64,000 nt of DNA from a bacterium (GTDB lineage: Bacteria > Zhuqueibacterota > Zhuqueibacteria > Residuimicrobiales > Krinioviventaceae): positions 768,001 through 832,000 of the forward strand of contig CAXXMD010000003.1 of assembly GCA_963675755.2 (NCBI GenBank), given 5' to 3'. Each line of letters begins with the position of its first letter. Position 1 is the stretch's first letter. Under the pieces are notes generated by a model. That model saw nothing but the letters and a program-made list of their open reading frames with translations. It was not told where the DNA came from and did no database searches. A program made the position numbers and the translations under genes. This document shows, piece after piece, positions 1 to 8,359 of the stretch.

Positions 1-1126
1 CTTCAGTGTCCAACAAAACGGAACCACGTTTACGATTAAACACCTGCGGACGTTGAATCAAACGGCCGCTTGGCATAAAATATTGAGCAGTGGTAATTTT
101 TAATTTTGATTCGCCCTTGTTATCCAGATTTACAACCGTCTGCACCAGCCCCTTACCAAAGGTCTCAGCACCTACTATAACGCCGCGGTCCAGGTCTTGT
201 ACAGCTCCGGCAACAATTTCTGAAGCAGAAGCGCTGAATTCATCTACCAACAATACTAATGGAAGATCACCCAAAACCGGTTCATGACGTGTACGAAAAT
301 CCTGACGTTGTTCTTCGTTACGGCCTTGTGTATAAACAACCAGCTCGCCCTTGGGGACAAAACTTTCAAGCACGGATACAGCAACATCCAACAAACCACC
401 AGGATTACCGCGTAAATCAAAAATCAATGACTCCATACCCTGATCACGCAGTTGCTCAATTGCCTGTTTCACTTGCTTACCCGCACCACGATTAAAACGT
501 GTCAGACGGACCAATCCTACTCCCGGCTCAACAAATCCGGCAAATTCTATTTCAGAAACAACAATCTCGTCACGGATCAATGTCAGCTCAATTGGCTGTT
601 CAACACCTACACGTCTGATCGTGATTCGAACTTCACTGCCTTTTTGGGTACCACGCAAACGGGCCGCGGTTTTGGAAAGATTGTCACCTTTGGTTTCTAC
701 ACCATCAATTTCAATGACCTGATCTCCTTCACGGATATCGGCACGTGCAGCAGGACTATTGGGAAAGGGCTGTTCTGCAACAGTTGGCCATCCATTCCGA
801 TTGGATATCCGCATACCCACACCATAATATTTTCCGCGGGTCATAATTTCCAGTTCATCTTTGCCTTCATCTTCAAGATAAACGGTATAAGGATCCAACT
901 CATCCAGCATTCCCTGAATGCCCGCTTCAATGAATTTTTCCGGATCTACTTCCTGTACATAATTATTCAATACTTCTTTATAAATCTGACCAAATATATC
1001 CGTTGAGCGAAGCACAGAGTAGTACATGTCTTTATTGCTGTCACTATACAACTGGGTAAAAACACCTACAGTCAGCAACAAAACAGTAATCAATGTCAAT
1101 ACTAAAAGTCTTTTTCTTGTTCCCAT
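1..1126 (-). CDS. ctpA: S41 family carboxyl-terminal processing protease (3' end runs off window)
   Basis: Not in the ORF track; read by hand from ATG 1126 (SD GAGG): MGTRKRLLVLTLITVLLL..., PDZ region, DLRGNPGG, SASASEIVAGAVQD, TFGKGLVQ. Confidence 0.93.
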   Translation of the reverse strand, partial: MGTRKRLLVLTLITVLLLTVGVFTQLYSDSNKDMYYSVLRSTDIFGQIYKEVLNNYVQEVDPEKFIEAGIQGMLDELDPYTVYLEDEGKDELEIMTRGKYYGVGMRISNRNGWPTVAEQPFPNSPAARADIREGDQVIEIDGVETKGDNLSKTAARLRGTQKGSEVRITIRRVGVEQPIELTLIRDEIVVSEIEFAGFVEPGVGLVRLTRFNRGAGKQVKQAIEQLRDQGMESLIFDLRGNPGGLLDVAVSVLESFVPKGELVVYTQGRNEEQRQDFRTRHEPVLGDLPLVLLVDEFSASASEIVAGAVQDLDRGVIVGAETFGKGLVQTVVNLDNKGESKLKITTAQYFMPSGRLIQRPQVFNRKRGSVLLDTE

Positions 1127-1154
1127 ATTTACATACCTCAGCTTGTTACCAATA

Positions 1155-1787
1155 TTACATTATACGCATAAACTCTTTAAAAATATCCCTGGCAATATTT
1201 CCTACTGAATCATCTCCGTTAATAACCCGGAACCGACCTGCTTCCTGTTCTGCTATAGCCAGATAGCCTTTACGCACACGTTCCTGAAACGCATCACCCT
1301 GCGCTTCCAGACGGTCCGCTTTTTCGTTCACTCGTAAACGTCTTTCAAGAGCCGATTTTACATCAATATCAATCAAAAATGTCAAATCCGGAACCAAACC
1401 CACTGAACCGATACTGTTGGCCCGGTTGACCATTTCCAAATCCAGCTCTCTGCCAAAGCCCTGATACGCACTGGTAGAATCATAAAACCTGTCACAAACC
1501 ACAATTTCACCTTTTTTCAAGGCAGGAATTATAGATTCTTCAACCATCTGCGCACGTGCTGCTTCATATAATAACAATTCCGTCCACTTTGTCATTTCAT
1601 TATGATCATTATCCAAAAGTATGCCCCGTATCTTTTCAGATATACGGGTTGCGCCTGGATCCCGAAGTGCGGTGCACGGAATATTCTGCAATTTCAAATT
1701 TTCTAAAAGTTGCTTTGCCTGTACCGATTTACCAGAATAATCGATACCTTCAAAAGTGATAAACTTGCCTTTATAATCAAATTTCAT
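1155..1787 (-). CDS. tmk: Thymidylate kinase
   Basis: FITFEGIDYSGKS P-loop, CDRFYDST, PDLTFLID; ATG 1787 overlaps the MATE stop (TGATG). Confidence 0.95.
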   Translation of the reverse strand: MKFDYKGKFITFEGIDYSGKSVQAKQLLENLKLQNIPCTALRDPGATRISEKIRGILLDNDHNEMTKWTELLLYEAARAQMVEESIIPALKKGEIVVCDRFYDSTSAYQGFGRELDLEMVNRANSIGSVGLVPDLTFLIDIDVKSALERRLRVNEKADRLEAQGDAFQERVRKGYLAIAEQEAGRFRVINGDDSVGNIARDIFKEFMRIM

Positions 1788-3124
1788 CAAGATGCCTTGA
1801 CCCTCCAGCTACCCCGATGAAAACGTATATAACTCATACAAAACCGAATTGTTTCATCTGTAAATTGGACACCCCAAAGACCGTAAATACTCCAACCTAA
1901 ACCAAATGCAACCCAGTAATTGATACCAATTTCAAAAACGATTACAAATATTAATGTGGTCCACATTAACCACTGCAGCTCACCAATCCCCCGCATATTT
2001 CCTGCCAAAACATTATTCATTGCTTTGGGAAGTTGAGCCAGCGCAAAAACAATCATCGCTTTTTGTCCCAATGCAACAGTAGCCGGATCAGTAGTAAAGA
2101 TATGTATCATGTGCTTTGAAAAGATTACCATAACAATACCGATAAAAACAACAAAAATTGCCATCACCCAATGTGCAGTTTTTGCCATTTTTTCAGCAAG
2201 TGCATTATCAGATGCACCCAAATTTTTACCCATCATGCTCATGGCAGCAAGAGAAAAACCCATATAAACCATGGAAAGAATGGATTGGATACGCATAAAA
2301 ATAGCGTGTGTAGTTAAAACGGTAACATAGATACTACCGGCGTAACTGGTAACAACAAGCTGACCCAAAGCCCAGGTCATTTGTTCAATAGTTGTAGGCA
2401 GCCCCACCTTGAAGAGCTGCTTAAAACTCTCCCAGTTGGGCGTTGTCATTTCCCTAAATGATAAAAACAGCTGACACTTGCGCGTTCGTAATAAAATAAA
2501 AGTGGCAATAAAGCCCAGGCTGTGCGAAATTCCTACAGCCAGTGCAGCACCCTGTACCTCAAGTCGCGGAAAGCCAAACAATCCAAATATAAGAATAGGA
2601 GACAATACAAGATTAAAACCATTCACACTCAGATTGACCATCATAGAATAATGGGTGTCGCCTACAGCACGAATAATTCCAATCGCTACAAATTGAGTTA
2701 CAAAAAGAGGGGCAAAATAAGATACTGTACGTAAATATGTAATACCCGCCTCTTGAGCTGAAAACGTTCCTGTCTCTTTAATAAATTTAAATATATGTAT
2801 AGCACCAAAGTACCATATCAATGCAAAAGCAAAGGCCATGATGACACCCATCATCATGGCCTGGCCAAAAATATGGTTTGCCTGATAATAATCTTTGGCG
2901 CCAAGATGACGATTAATGATCAAACTGGCGCCAACAACAAAGGTTAACATGACCGCAAAAAACACCAAAATAACCTGAATAGCCATACTGTGTCCTGCAA
3001 GCGCTGCAGCACTCAGTTTTCCAATAAAGATAGCTTCAATGGTCCACATAAGGGTTTGCGATGCAAGATCAATTACAGCAGGCAACGATGTCTTTAACAG
3101 GGTTTTAATAGGTGAAGTTTTCAA
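1787..3124 (-). CDS. MATE family efflux transporter/flippase
   Basis: About 12 TM segments; LIFGLFGFPRLEVQGAALA; GIIRAVGDT; two-repeat MATE layout. Confidence 0.9.
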   Translation of the reverse strand: MKTSPIKTLLKTSLPAVIDLASQTLMWTIEAIFIGKLSAAALAGHSMAIQVILVFFAVMLTFVVGASLIINRHLGAKDYYQANHIFGQAMMMGVIMAFAFALIWYFGAIHIFKFIKETGTFSAQEAGITYLRTVSYFAPLFVTQFVAIGIIRAVGDTHYSMMVNLSVNGFNLVLSPILIFGLFGFPRLEVQGAALAVGISHSLGFIATFILLRTRKCQLFLSFREMTTPNWESFKQLFKVGLPTTIEQMTWALGQLVVTSYAGSIYVTVLTTHAIFMRIQSILSMVYMGFSLAAMSMMGKNLGASDNALAEKMAKTAHWVMAIFVVFIGIVMVIFSKHMIHIFTTDPATVALGQKAMIVFALAQLPKAMNNVLAGNMRGIGELQWLMWTTLIFVIVFEIGINYWVAFGLGWSIYGLWGVQFTDETIRFCMSYIRFHRGSWRVKAS

Positions 3125-3176
3125 GAGTATCCTATCAACTTTTTATTCAGAGTCACATTAACAAACTTTAGAATTA

Positions 3177-4493
3177 TCAGTCGTAATAATCGAGTCCCAA
3201 ATGAGTAATCAAATCTTCACCTTTCATATGACGAAGGGTGTTCTTTAATTTCATCAATTGAATGAATGTATCATGTTCGGGATACAGATCTTTAGCAACC
3301 ATTGGGCTCTTGCAATAGAATGATAACCATTCCTGAATGCCGTACATACCAGCGCGACTTGCAAGGTCCATAAACAGTGCAAGGTCAAGTACAACCGGTG
3401 CAGCAAGAATACTGTCACGGCACAAGAAATTGATCTTGATCTGCATGGGGTATCCTAACCAGCCAACCAGATCCACATTGTCCCAACCTTCTTTATTATC
3501 ACCAATAGGAGGATAATAGTTGATACGGACTTTGTGATACAGATCTTTGTACAGATCAGGGTATTTTTCAGGTTGGAAGATATAATCCAATGCTGAGCTT
3601 TTGGTGATTTCTTTTGAACGGAAAGAAAGAGGTTCATCCAAAACTTCACCATCACGGTTACCCAAAATATTGGTAGAGAACCAGCCTTTTACACCCAACA
3701 TACGGGCTTTGATTCCAGGGGCAAGGATGGTTTTCATAAAAGTTTGACCGGTTTTAAAGTCTTTACCAGCTATTGGCACTTTATTCTGTTTTGCCAAAGC
3801 ATCCAATGCAGGAATATCATGAGACATGTGCGGTGCACCATTAAAATAGGGAACGCCCATTTTAATAGCAGCATATGCATAAATCATACTGGATGAAATT
3901 GCATCATGATTTTCTTTTAAACCTTTTTCAAAACTTTCAATGGTTTCCCAAATGGGATCGTATTCCAAATATGTTTCTGTACTACCGGTCCAAACGATAA
4001 CCAAACGGTCAAGGTTATTATCTTTGATGAAATTTTTCATATCATCCATCAATTGTTCAGCCAATTCCATTTTGTTGGCACCGGTTTTTTTATTTGGTCC
4101 ATCAAGACGTTTAACATACTTGGGATCAAATACAGCTTTCATGGGTTTGATTGCTTCCAATTCCGGTCTAACCTTTTCCAGGTCTTCTTTTGACAAAACA
4201 TTGGCATTTACCGCAGATTCATAAGCATTATCCGGGAAAATGTCCCATCCGCCAAACACAATGTCATTCAGATCTGTAAGAGGTACAAAATCTTTGATCA
4301 TTGGTGTATTGTCATCGGTACGTTTACCAATACGAATGGTTCCTATTTGTGTCAAAGAACCAATAGGTTTTGCCAGGCCTTTACGGACCAATTCCGTACC
4401 TGCGATCACTGTTGTTCCAACAGCGCCCAAACCGGGAAGCAGGATGCCTAATTTTCCTTGGGGAGCTTTAATATCTACACCCTTTTCTATCAC
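3177..4493 (-). CDS. ino1: myo-inositol-1-phosphate synthase
   Basis: GLGAVG NAD motif, VFGGWD, WTGSTE, GKDFKTGQT, NILGNRDG, GDNKEGWD, CRDSILAAP. Confidence 0.95.
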   Translation of the reverse strand: MIEKGVDIKAPQGKLGILLPGLGAVGTTVIAGTELVRKGLAKPIGSLTQIGTIRIGKRTDDNTPMIKDFVPLTDLNDIVFGGWDIFPDNAYESAVNANVLSKEDLEKVRPELEAIKPMKAVFDPKYVKRLDGPNKKTGANKMELAEQLMDDMKNFIKDNNLDRLVIVWTGSTETYLEYDPIWETIESFEKGLKENHDAISSSMIYAYAAIKMGVPYFNGAPHMSHDIPALDALAKQNKVPIAGKDFKTGQTFMKTILAPGIKARMLGVKGWFSTNILGNRDGEVLDEPLSFRSKEITKSSALDYIFQPEKYPDLYKDLYHKVRINYYPPIGDNKEGWDNVDLVGWLGYPMQIKINFLCRDSILAAPVVLDLALFMDLASRAGMYGIQEWLSFYCKSPMVAKDLYPEHDTFIQLMKLKNTLRHMKGEDLITHLGLDYYD

Positions 4494-4542
4494 TGTAAAC
4501 TCCTTTCTACTGTGTTACAGCATACCTTTTAGTGATGTAACC

Positions 4543-4905
4543 TTAGTGGTTAATAAGTTTTTTTATACTATTATTTTCATCCACAAGAACAACATTTGGG
4601 CTGTAATTTTCAAGCTCAGAGTCGTCCATTAGTGCGTATGAAATAATAATTACCAGATCATCTTTTTGGACCCATCGCGCAAGTGCACCGTTTATACAAA
4701 TTTCACCGCTGCCACGCTTACCTTTAATGATATACGTCTCGGCCCTGGATCCATTATTAATATTTAATACTTGAACCTTTTCGTATTCCAACATGTCTGC
4801 CGCTTCCAGCAGAACCGGATCAATTGTAATACTGCCTTCATAGTTGAGATCGGCATCTGTCACCCTTGCCCGATGAATTTTCGCTTTGCACATTATTCTC
4901 TGCAT
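4543..4905 (-). CDS. panD: Aspartate 1-decarboxylase (pyruvoyl proenzyme)
   Basis: [23 protein letters not shown] self-cleavage site, [17 protein letters not shown]. Confidence 0.96.
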   Translation of the reverse strand: MQRIMCKAKIHRARVTDADLNYEGSITIDPVLLEAADMLEYEKVQVLNINNGSRAETYIIKGKRGSGEICINGALARWVQKDDLVIIISYALMDDSELENYSPNVVLVDENNSIKKLINH

Positions 4906-4931
4906 CAAATCACCAATTTAAAAAGCTTGAA

Positions 4932-5594
4932 TCAGGCAAATTCATCGTGTTCAACATCTGCCGCCGGGGTTTTCCATTTGGGAGAGTTTTCAATATACCA
5001 GATATGGTATACCCTTTGTATGGCGGTTATATTGGCAAAAACAGCAATTATGACCATGGCAAAAATCAGGGTAACTTCTGAAATCAGACCACCTAAACCC
5101 ACAAGAATAATCCGCTCGGGGCGTTGCAGCAAACCAACTTTGCAGTCAAAGCCCAAACCCTCGGCTCTTGCCCGTACATAACTGACCATAAGAGAACCAA
5201 ATATAGCAACAAAAACAGTCAAAGCAACCAGTAATCCCATCTGATTGCCATCTACAAAACTGTGTATAAAATAAACACCAATACCAAGAAAAATTAAAAA
5301 CTCGGCATAACGATCCAATGTTGAATCGAACAATGCGCCAAATTTTGTTACCCGATTGCTAGTACGTGCAATTTGTCCATCAAAAACATCAAACAATCCA
5401 CCCAACAACATGATCAATGCACCGGTTTTAAAATATCCTTTACTAAAGTAAATACCTGAAATACCACAAAAAACCAAAGAAAGAGCAGTATAAACATTAG
5501 GGCTGATATTAAACTTGACCAGCAGGTCAATCAATGGCTGCAAGATACTTCTTGATCTTTCCTTTACATTGTCAGAGATCATCTCAAACTTCAT
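4932..5594 (-). CDS. CDP-alcohol phosphatidyltransferase, phosphatidylinositol-phosphate synthase-like
   Basis: DVFDGQIAR...GALFDSTLDRYAE motif; SYVRARAE...GLLQRPER as in PIP/AIP synthases; start moved to ATG 5594, overlapping the rsmI end. Confidence 0.85.
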   Translation of the reverse strand: MKFEMISDNVKERSRSILQPLIDLLVKFNISPNVYTALSLVFCGISGIYFSKGYFKTGALIMLLGGLFDVFDGQIARTSNRVTKFGALFDSTLDRYAEFLIFLGIGVYFIHSFVDGNQMGLLVALTVFVAIFGSLMVSYVRARAEGLGFDCKVGLLQRPERIILVGLGGLISEVTLIFAMVIIAVFANITAIQRVYHIWYIENSPKWKTPAADVEHDEFA

Positions 5595-6327
5595 ATTTTG
5601 TCCCTTTATATTTTGCATTACGCCGATGTTCCCGAGTAAACCCTTCAACCAGAATAACAAATTCTCCTTTCAGGGTTAACTGGTCCATTTGCTGCAAAAG
5701 ATCAGACAAGCTGCCGCGAATCAATTCTTCAAACTTTTTAGTCAATTCCCTCGCTATGACGGCTTTACGATCTCCCAGGGCTTCGTAAAGGTCGGCAATG
5801 GTCCGCTTGATTCTATTTGGCGATTCGTATATGCATATTGTTCGGGGTTCGGTGCTAAGCTCCATTAATCGCGTTTGCCTGCCTTTCTTCACAGGAAGAA
5901 AGCCTTCAAAAACGAATCTGTCTGTTGGTAATCCAGAAATCACCAATGATGAAACCAGAGCAGTTGCTCCGGGAACAGACTCTATGTGAATATCCCGCTT
6001 TATTGCTTCTCTCACCAGATAAAAAGCCGGATCGGAAATACCTGGTGTTCCGGCATCGCTGATTACAGCTACTGTTTCATCGGCAGTTAATCTTTCGATT
6101 AAAACAGGCGTAACTTTTTCTTTATTAAAATCATGGTAACGTGTCAGGGGAGTTTGAATATTATAATGATTTAACAGTACGGAGCTTTGTCTCGTATCTT
6201 CCGCAGCTATCACATCCACATATTTCAAAGTATCAAGTGCGCGCAGAGTTATGTCGCGCAAATTTCCAATAGGCGTACTGACTAGATATAATGTACCGGG
6301 TGTTATACCCGCTTCCGAAGTGTCCGT
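5584..6327 (-). CDS. rsmI: 16S rRNA (C1402-2'-O)-methyltransferase RsmI
   Basis: GTLYLVSTPIGNLRDIT, IAAEDTR, SDAGTPGISDP, ARELTKKFEE. The conserved N-terminus extends upstream of the track's TTG 6261; start inferred at ACG 6327. Confidence 0.92.
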   Translation of the reverse strand, partial: TDTSEAGITPGTLYLVSTPIGNLRDITLRALDTLKYVDVIAAEDTRQSSVLLNHYNIQTPLTRYHDFNKEKVTPVLIERLTADETVAVISDAGTPGISDPAFYLVREAIKRDIHIESVPGATALVSSLVISGLPTDRFVFEGFLPVKKGRQTRLMELSTEPRTICIYESPNRIKRTIADLYEALGDRKAVIARELTKKFEELIRGSLSDLLQQMDQLTLKGEFVILVEGFTREHRRNAKYKGTKYEV

Positions 6328-6378
6328 AAATTAACTCCTCTAACAAAAACCAGATAACTCTTGTATTTTCAAACCATC

Positions 6379-6407
6379 ATTTTACAAAAAATTGTTCAAA
6401 AAGTCAA
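6379..6407 (-). promoter_or_regulatory. sigma70-type promoter for the rsmI-PIPS-panD-ino1 unit
   Basis: TTGACT-17nt-TAAAAT on the minus strand, ~40 nt upstream of SD GAGGAG. Confidence 0.65.
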
Positions 6408-6421
6408 CAAAAAGCATACAT

Positions 6422-7834
6422 TCAATTTCTTGCCGATTGTTGGTAAGATAATCCGTTATCCAGACAATGGCTGCATGCTTGCGGCACGCAAAATGTTTTA
6501 CCCAAGTGGATAATGCCCTGCTGAACACATGCATTGCTGACCAATTTGGTACGAGTTTGATTTTTTAATACGCGTTTTTTTACATTGCGAATTAAATTAT
6601 TTTCAGCAAGACATGGATAATTTTTATATAATTCTAAAATTAAATTACAAGATTTATGATCATCCACTTCTTTAGCAAAAGCATACATTACAGGGAAAAT
6701 AACATTTACCAAAATATCTCTACTTCTGTCTTTGCCCAGTAATGCATGTGTATTTGATTTCTTTACGGGCTCGAACAAGTAATGCTCAGCCCAGAATCCT
6801 TGTTCTTTAACATCAAAGAGCTCTTCCAGTTCCTTATAAACCACCTTGAACTGATTTTCATTCCGATTCAGCACTTTAAAAAAAGTATTTATAAATCCAT
6901 CTTCTAAAAACCTTACAACAAGCCGGGCAGCTGCCGCTATTCTTCGTGTTGGAAAGTTTTGAGGACGCAATCGAAAAAACTTCCACATTTCTTTTTTTAA
7001 TACAAACAACTTTTTACGATACGGGAATTCCCACCAACATGTTTCAAGCTTTTTGGTATAGTCTAATATTTCTGCATCAACAATATGTACAGGTACAACT
7101 GATTGTGAGGGCAACAGCCCTGCAGTACCCATCAAATAGGCCTCGCATTTTAAAACAGCAAGTGAGACAGGATCCTGCCAAATATGTTTCCAGAGTATTT
7201 CAACATGCAAATGGTCTGCAAGATTCCTGAATGCTACCTGATTTTTAGAATAACCCAGTGCTTCCAATAATGAACGATAGCAAACCTGGTCCCAACTGTT
7301 TGTTAAACTTTGTTCTGTAAACTGTTGAACATGAACCAAAAAACGGGCAATGCCGGCTTTTTCCAAGACATTTTGAATTTGTAAACTGCTGCACAAAGAC
7401 AGTGCACATTCACCGGAAATACTTTCCTGATCGAACACTTTTTGTTTCTCAAGTTCTTCTGAATTTGTTTCCAGTAATGAATCCAGGTTTATGGTTGGAA
7501 TATGTGTACCATTCAAGCTTATGGTTTTAAAATCTGCAGGACAGTCCATAGTTACAACATGTAAAATAACCTGATCATAACGCGGGTCCCGATGATGTCC
7601 ATGGGTATACCAGTCTCCCGCTATGGGATGAATTTCCACATCCCCACGTTTTATTTCACCCTGATATTCTATCAGTGCGTTTAAAAAATCAGGACCGGAA
7701 TCAAAATTACGTACACCTTTTTCCCGAATTATAATTTCCTGACCGTTAATGGTATGTATAGTTTCAGATTCAATGTCTTTTTTTTGCCAGATACGATATA
7801 GAAAGGCTTCCCTTGCCGGTTCGGTAATTTTCAT
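6422..7834 (-). CDS. DUF2851 family protein
   Basis: NFDSGPDF, GDVEIH..DWYTHGHHRDPRYDQVILHV, LRPQNFPTRRIA, C-terminal CxxxxCxxC. Confidence 0.85.
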   Translation of the reverse strand: MKITEPAREAFLYRIWQKKDIESETIHTINGQEIIIREKGVRNFDSGPDFLNALIEYQGEIKRGDVEIHPIAGDWYTHGHHRDPRYDQVILHVVTMDCPADFKTISLNGTHIPTINLDSLLETNSEELEKQKVFDQESISGECALSLCSSLQIQNVLEKAGIARFLVHVQQFTEQSLTNSWDQVCYRSLLEALGYSKNQVAFRNLADHLHVEILWKHIWQDPVSLAVLKCEAYLMGTAGLLPSQSVVPVHIVDAEILDYTKKLETCWWEFPYRKKLFVLKKEMWKFFRLRPQNFPTRRIAAAARLVVRFLEDGFINTFFKVLNRNENQFKVVYKELEELFDVKEQGFWAEHYLFEPVKKSNTHALLGKDRSRDILVNVIFPVMYAFAKEVDDHKSCNLILELYKNYPCLAENNLIRNVKKRVLKNQTRTKLVSNACVQQGIIHLGKTFCVPQACSHCLDNGLSYQQSARN

Positions 7835-7849
7835 ATAACCCCCAAAATG

Positions 7850-7872
7850 AAAAAGGCCGTATCGCTACGGCC
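7850..7872 (-). terminator. Intrinsic terminator after the protease unit / 147-aa gene
   Basis: GGCCGTA-4nt-TACGGCC stem followed by a U-tract on the minus strand. Confidence 0.75.
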
Positions 7873-7881
7873 ATGATCTAT

Positions 7882-8325
7882 TTATTTATTATCGTCTTCT
7901 ACAATGTTTGCATCTTCAATATCATCATTGCCGATTCCGGAACTCAGGTTATCATCTTCAACTGTGACTTTTTCCGCATCAGCATCTTTTTTACGATTTT
8001 CGCCACGGTCTTTTCTCTCTTTTTCTTTTTCTTCTTTGACCGTTTTTATTTCATTCTTTTTATCATCCAGTTTTTGCTCAAGCTCTTTTAATTCCGCAAC
8101 AAGCCGTTTCTCTTCGGGATCATCAGCCAGATTTGCATTTTCATCGCTGCTCAGCAATTCATATGTATGCCCGCCAAGTTCAGAAAATAATTTCTCAATA
8201 TTACGTTTAATTGTCAGAATATCTAGTTGCAATTTGCCAATTTTTCCATATTCTTCTGTTTTGTCCACAACAAGTTCAATACCGTCACGAATGCCATCAC
8301 GAATATCTTCAAACAAAGTTCCCAT
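7882..8325 (-). CDS. Hypothetical coiled-coil protein with acidic tail
   Basis: SD AAGGAG, ATG start, charged helical sequence, followed by a terminator. Confidence 0.8.
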   Translation of the reverse strand: MGTLFEDIRDGIRDGIELVVDKTEEYGKIGKLQLDILTIKRNIEKLFSELGGHTYELLSSDENANLADDPEEKRLVAELKELEQKLDDKKNEIKTVKEEKEKERKDRGENRKKDADAEKVTVEDDNLSSGIGNDDIEDANIVEDDNK

Positions 8326-8359
8326 AACGTTCTCTCCTTTTTATTAATTTCCCCAAATG

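Noticed and set aside
452-1006. 184-aa plus-strand ORF, and similar antisense ORFs at 10501-11169, 53099-53602 and 54701-55369
   Set aside because: Shadow frames opposite well-supported genes; no motifs recognised
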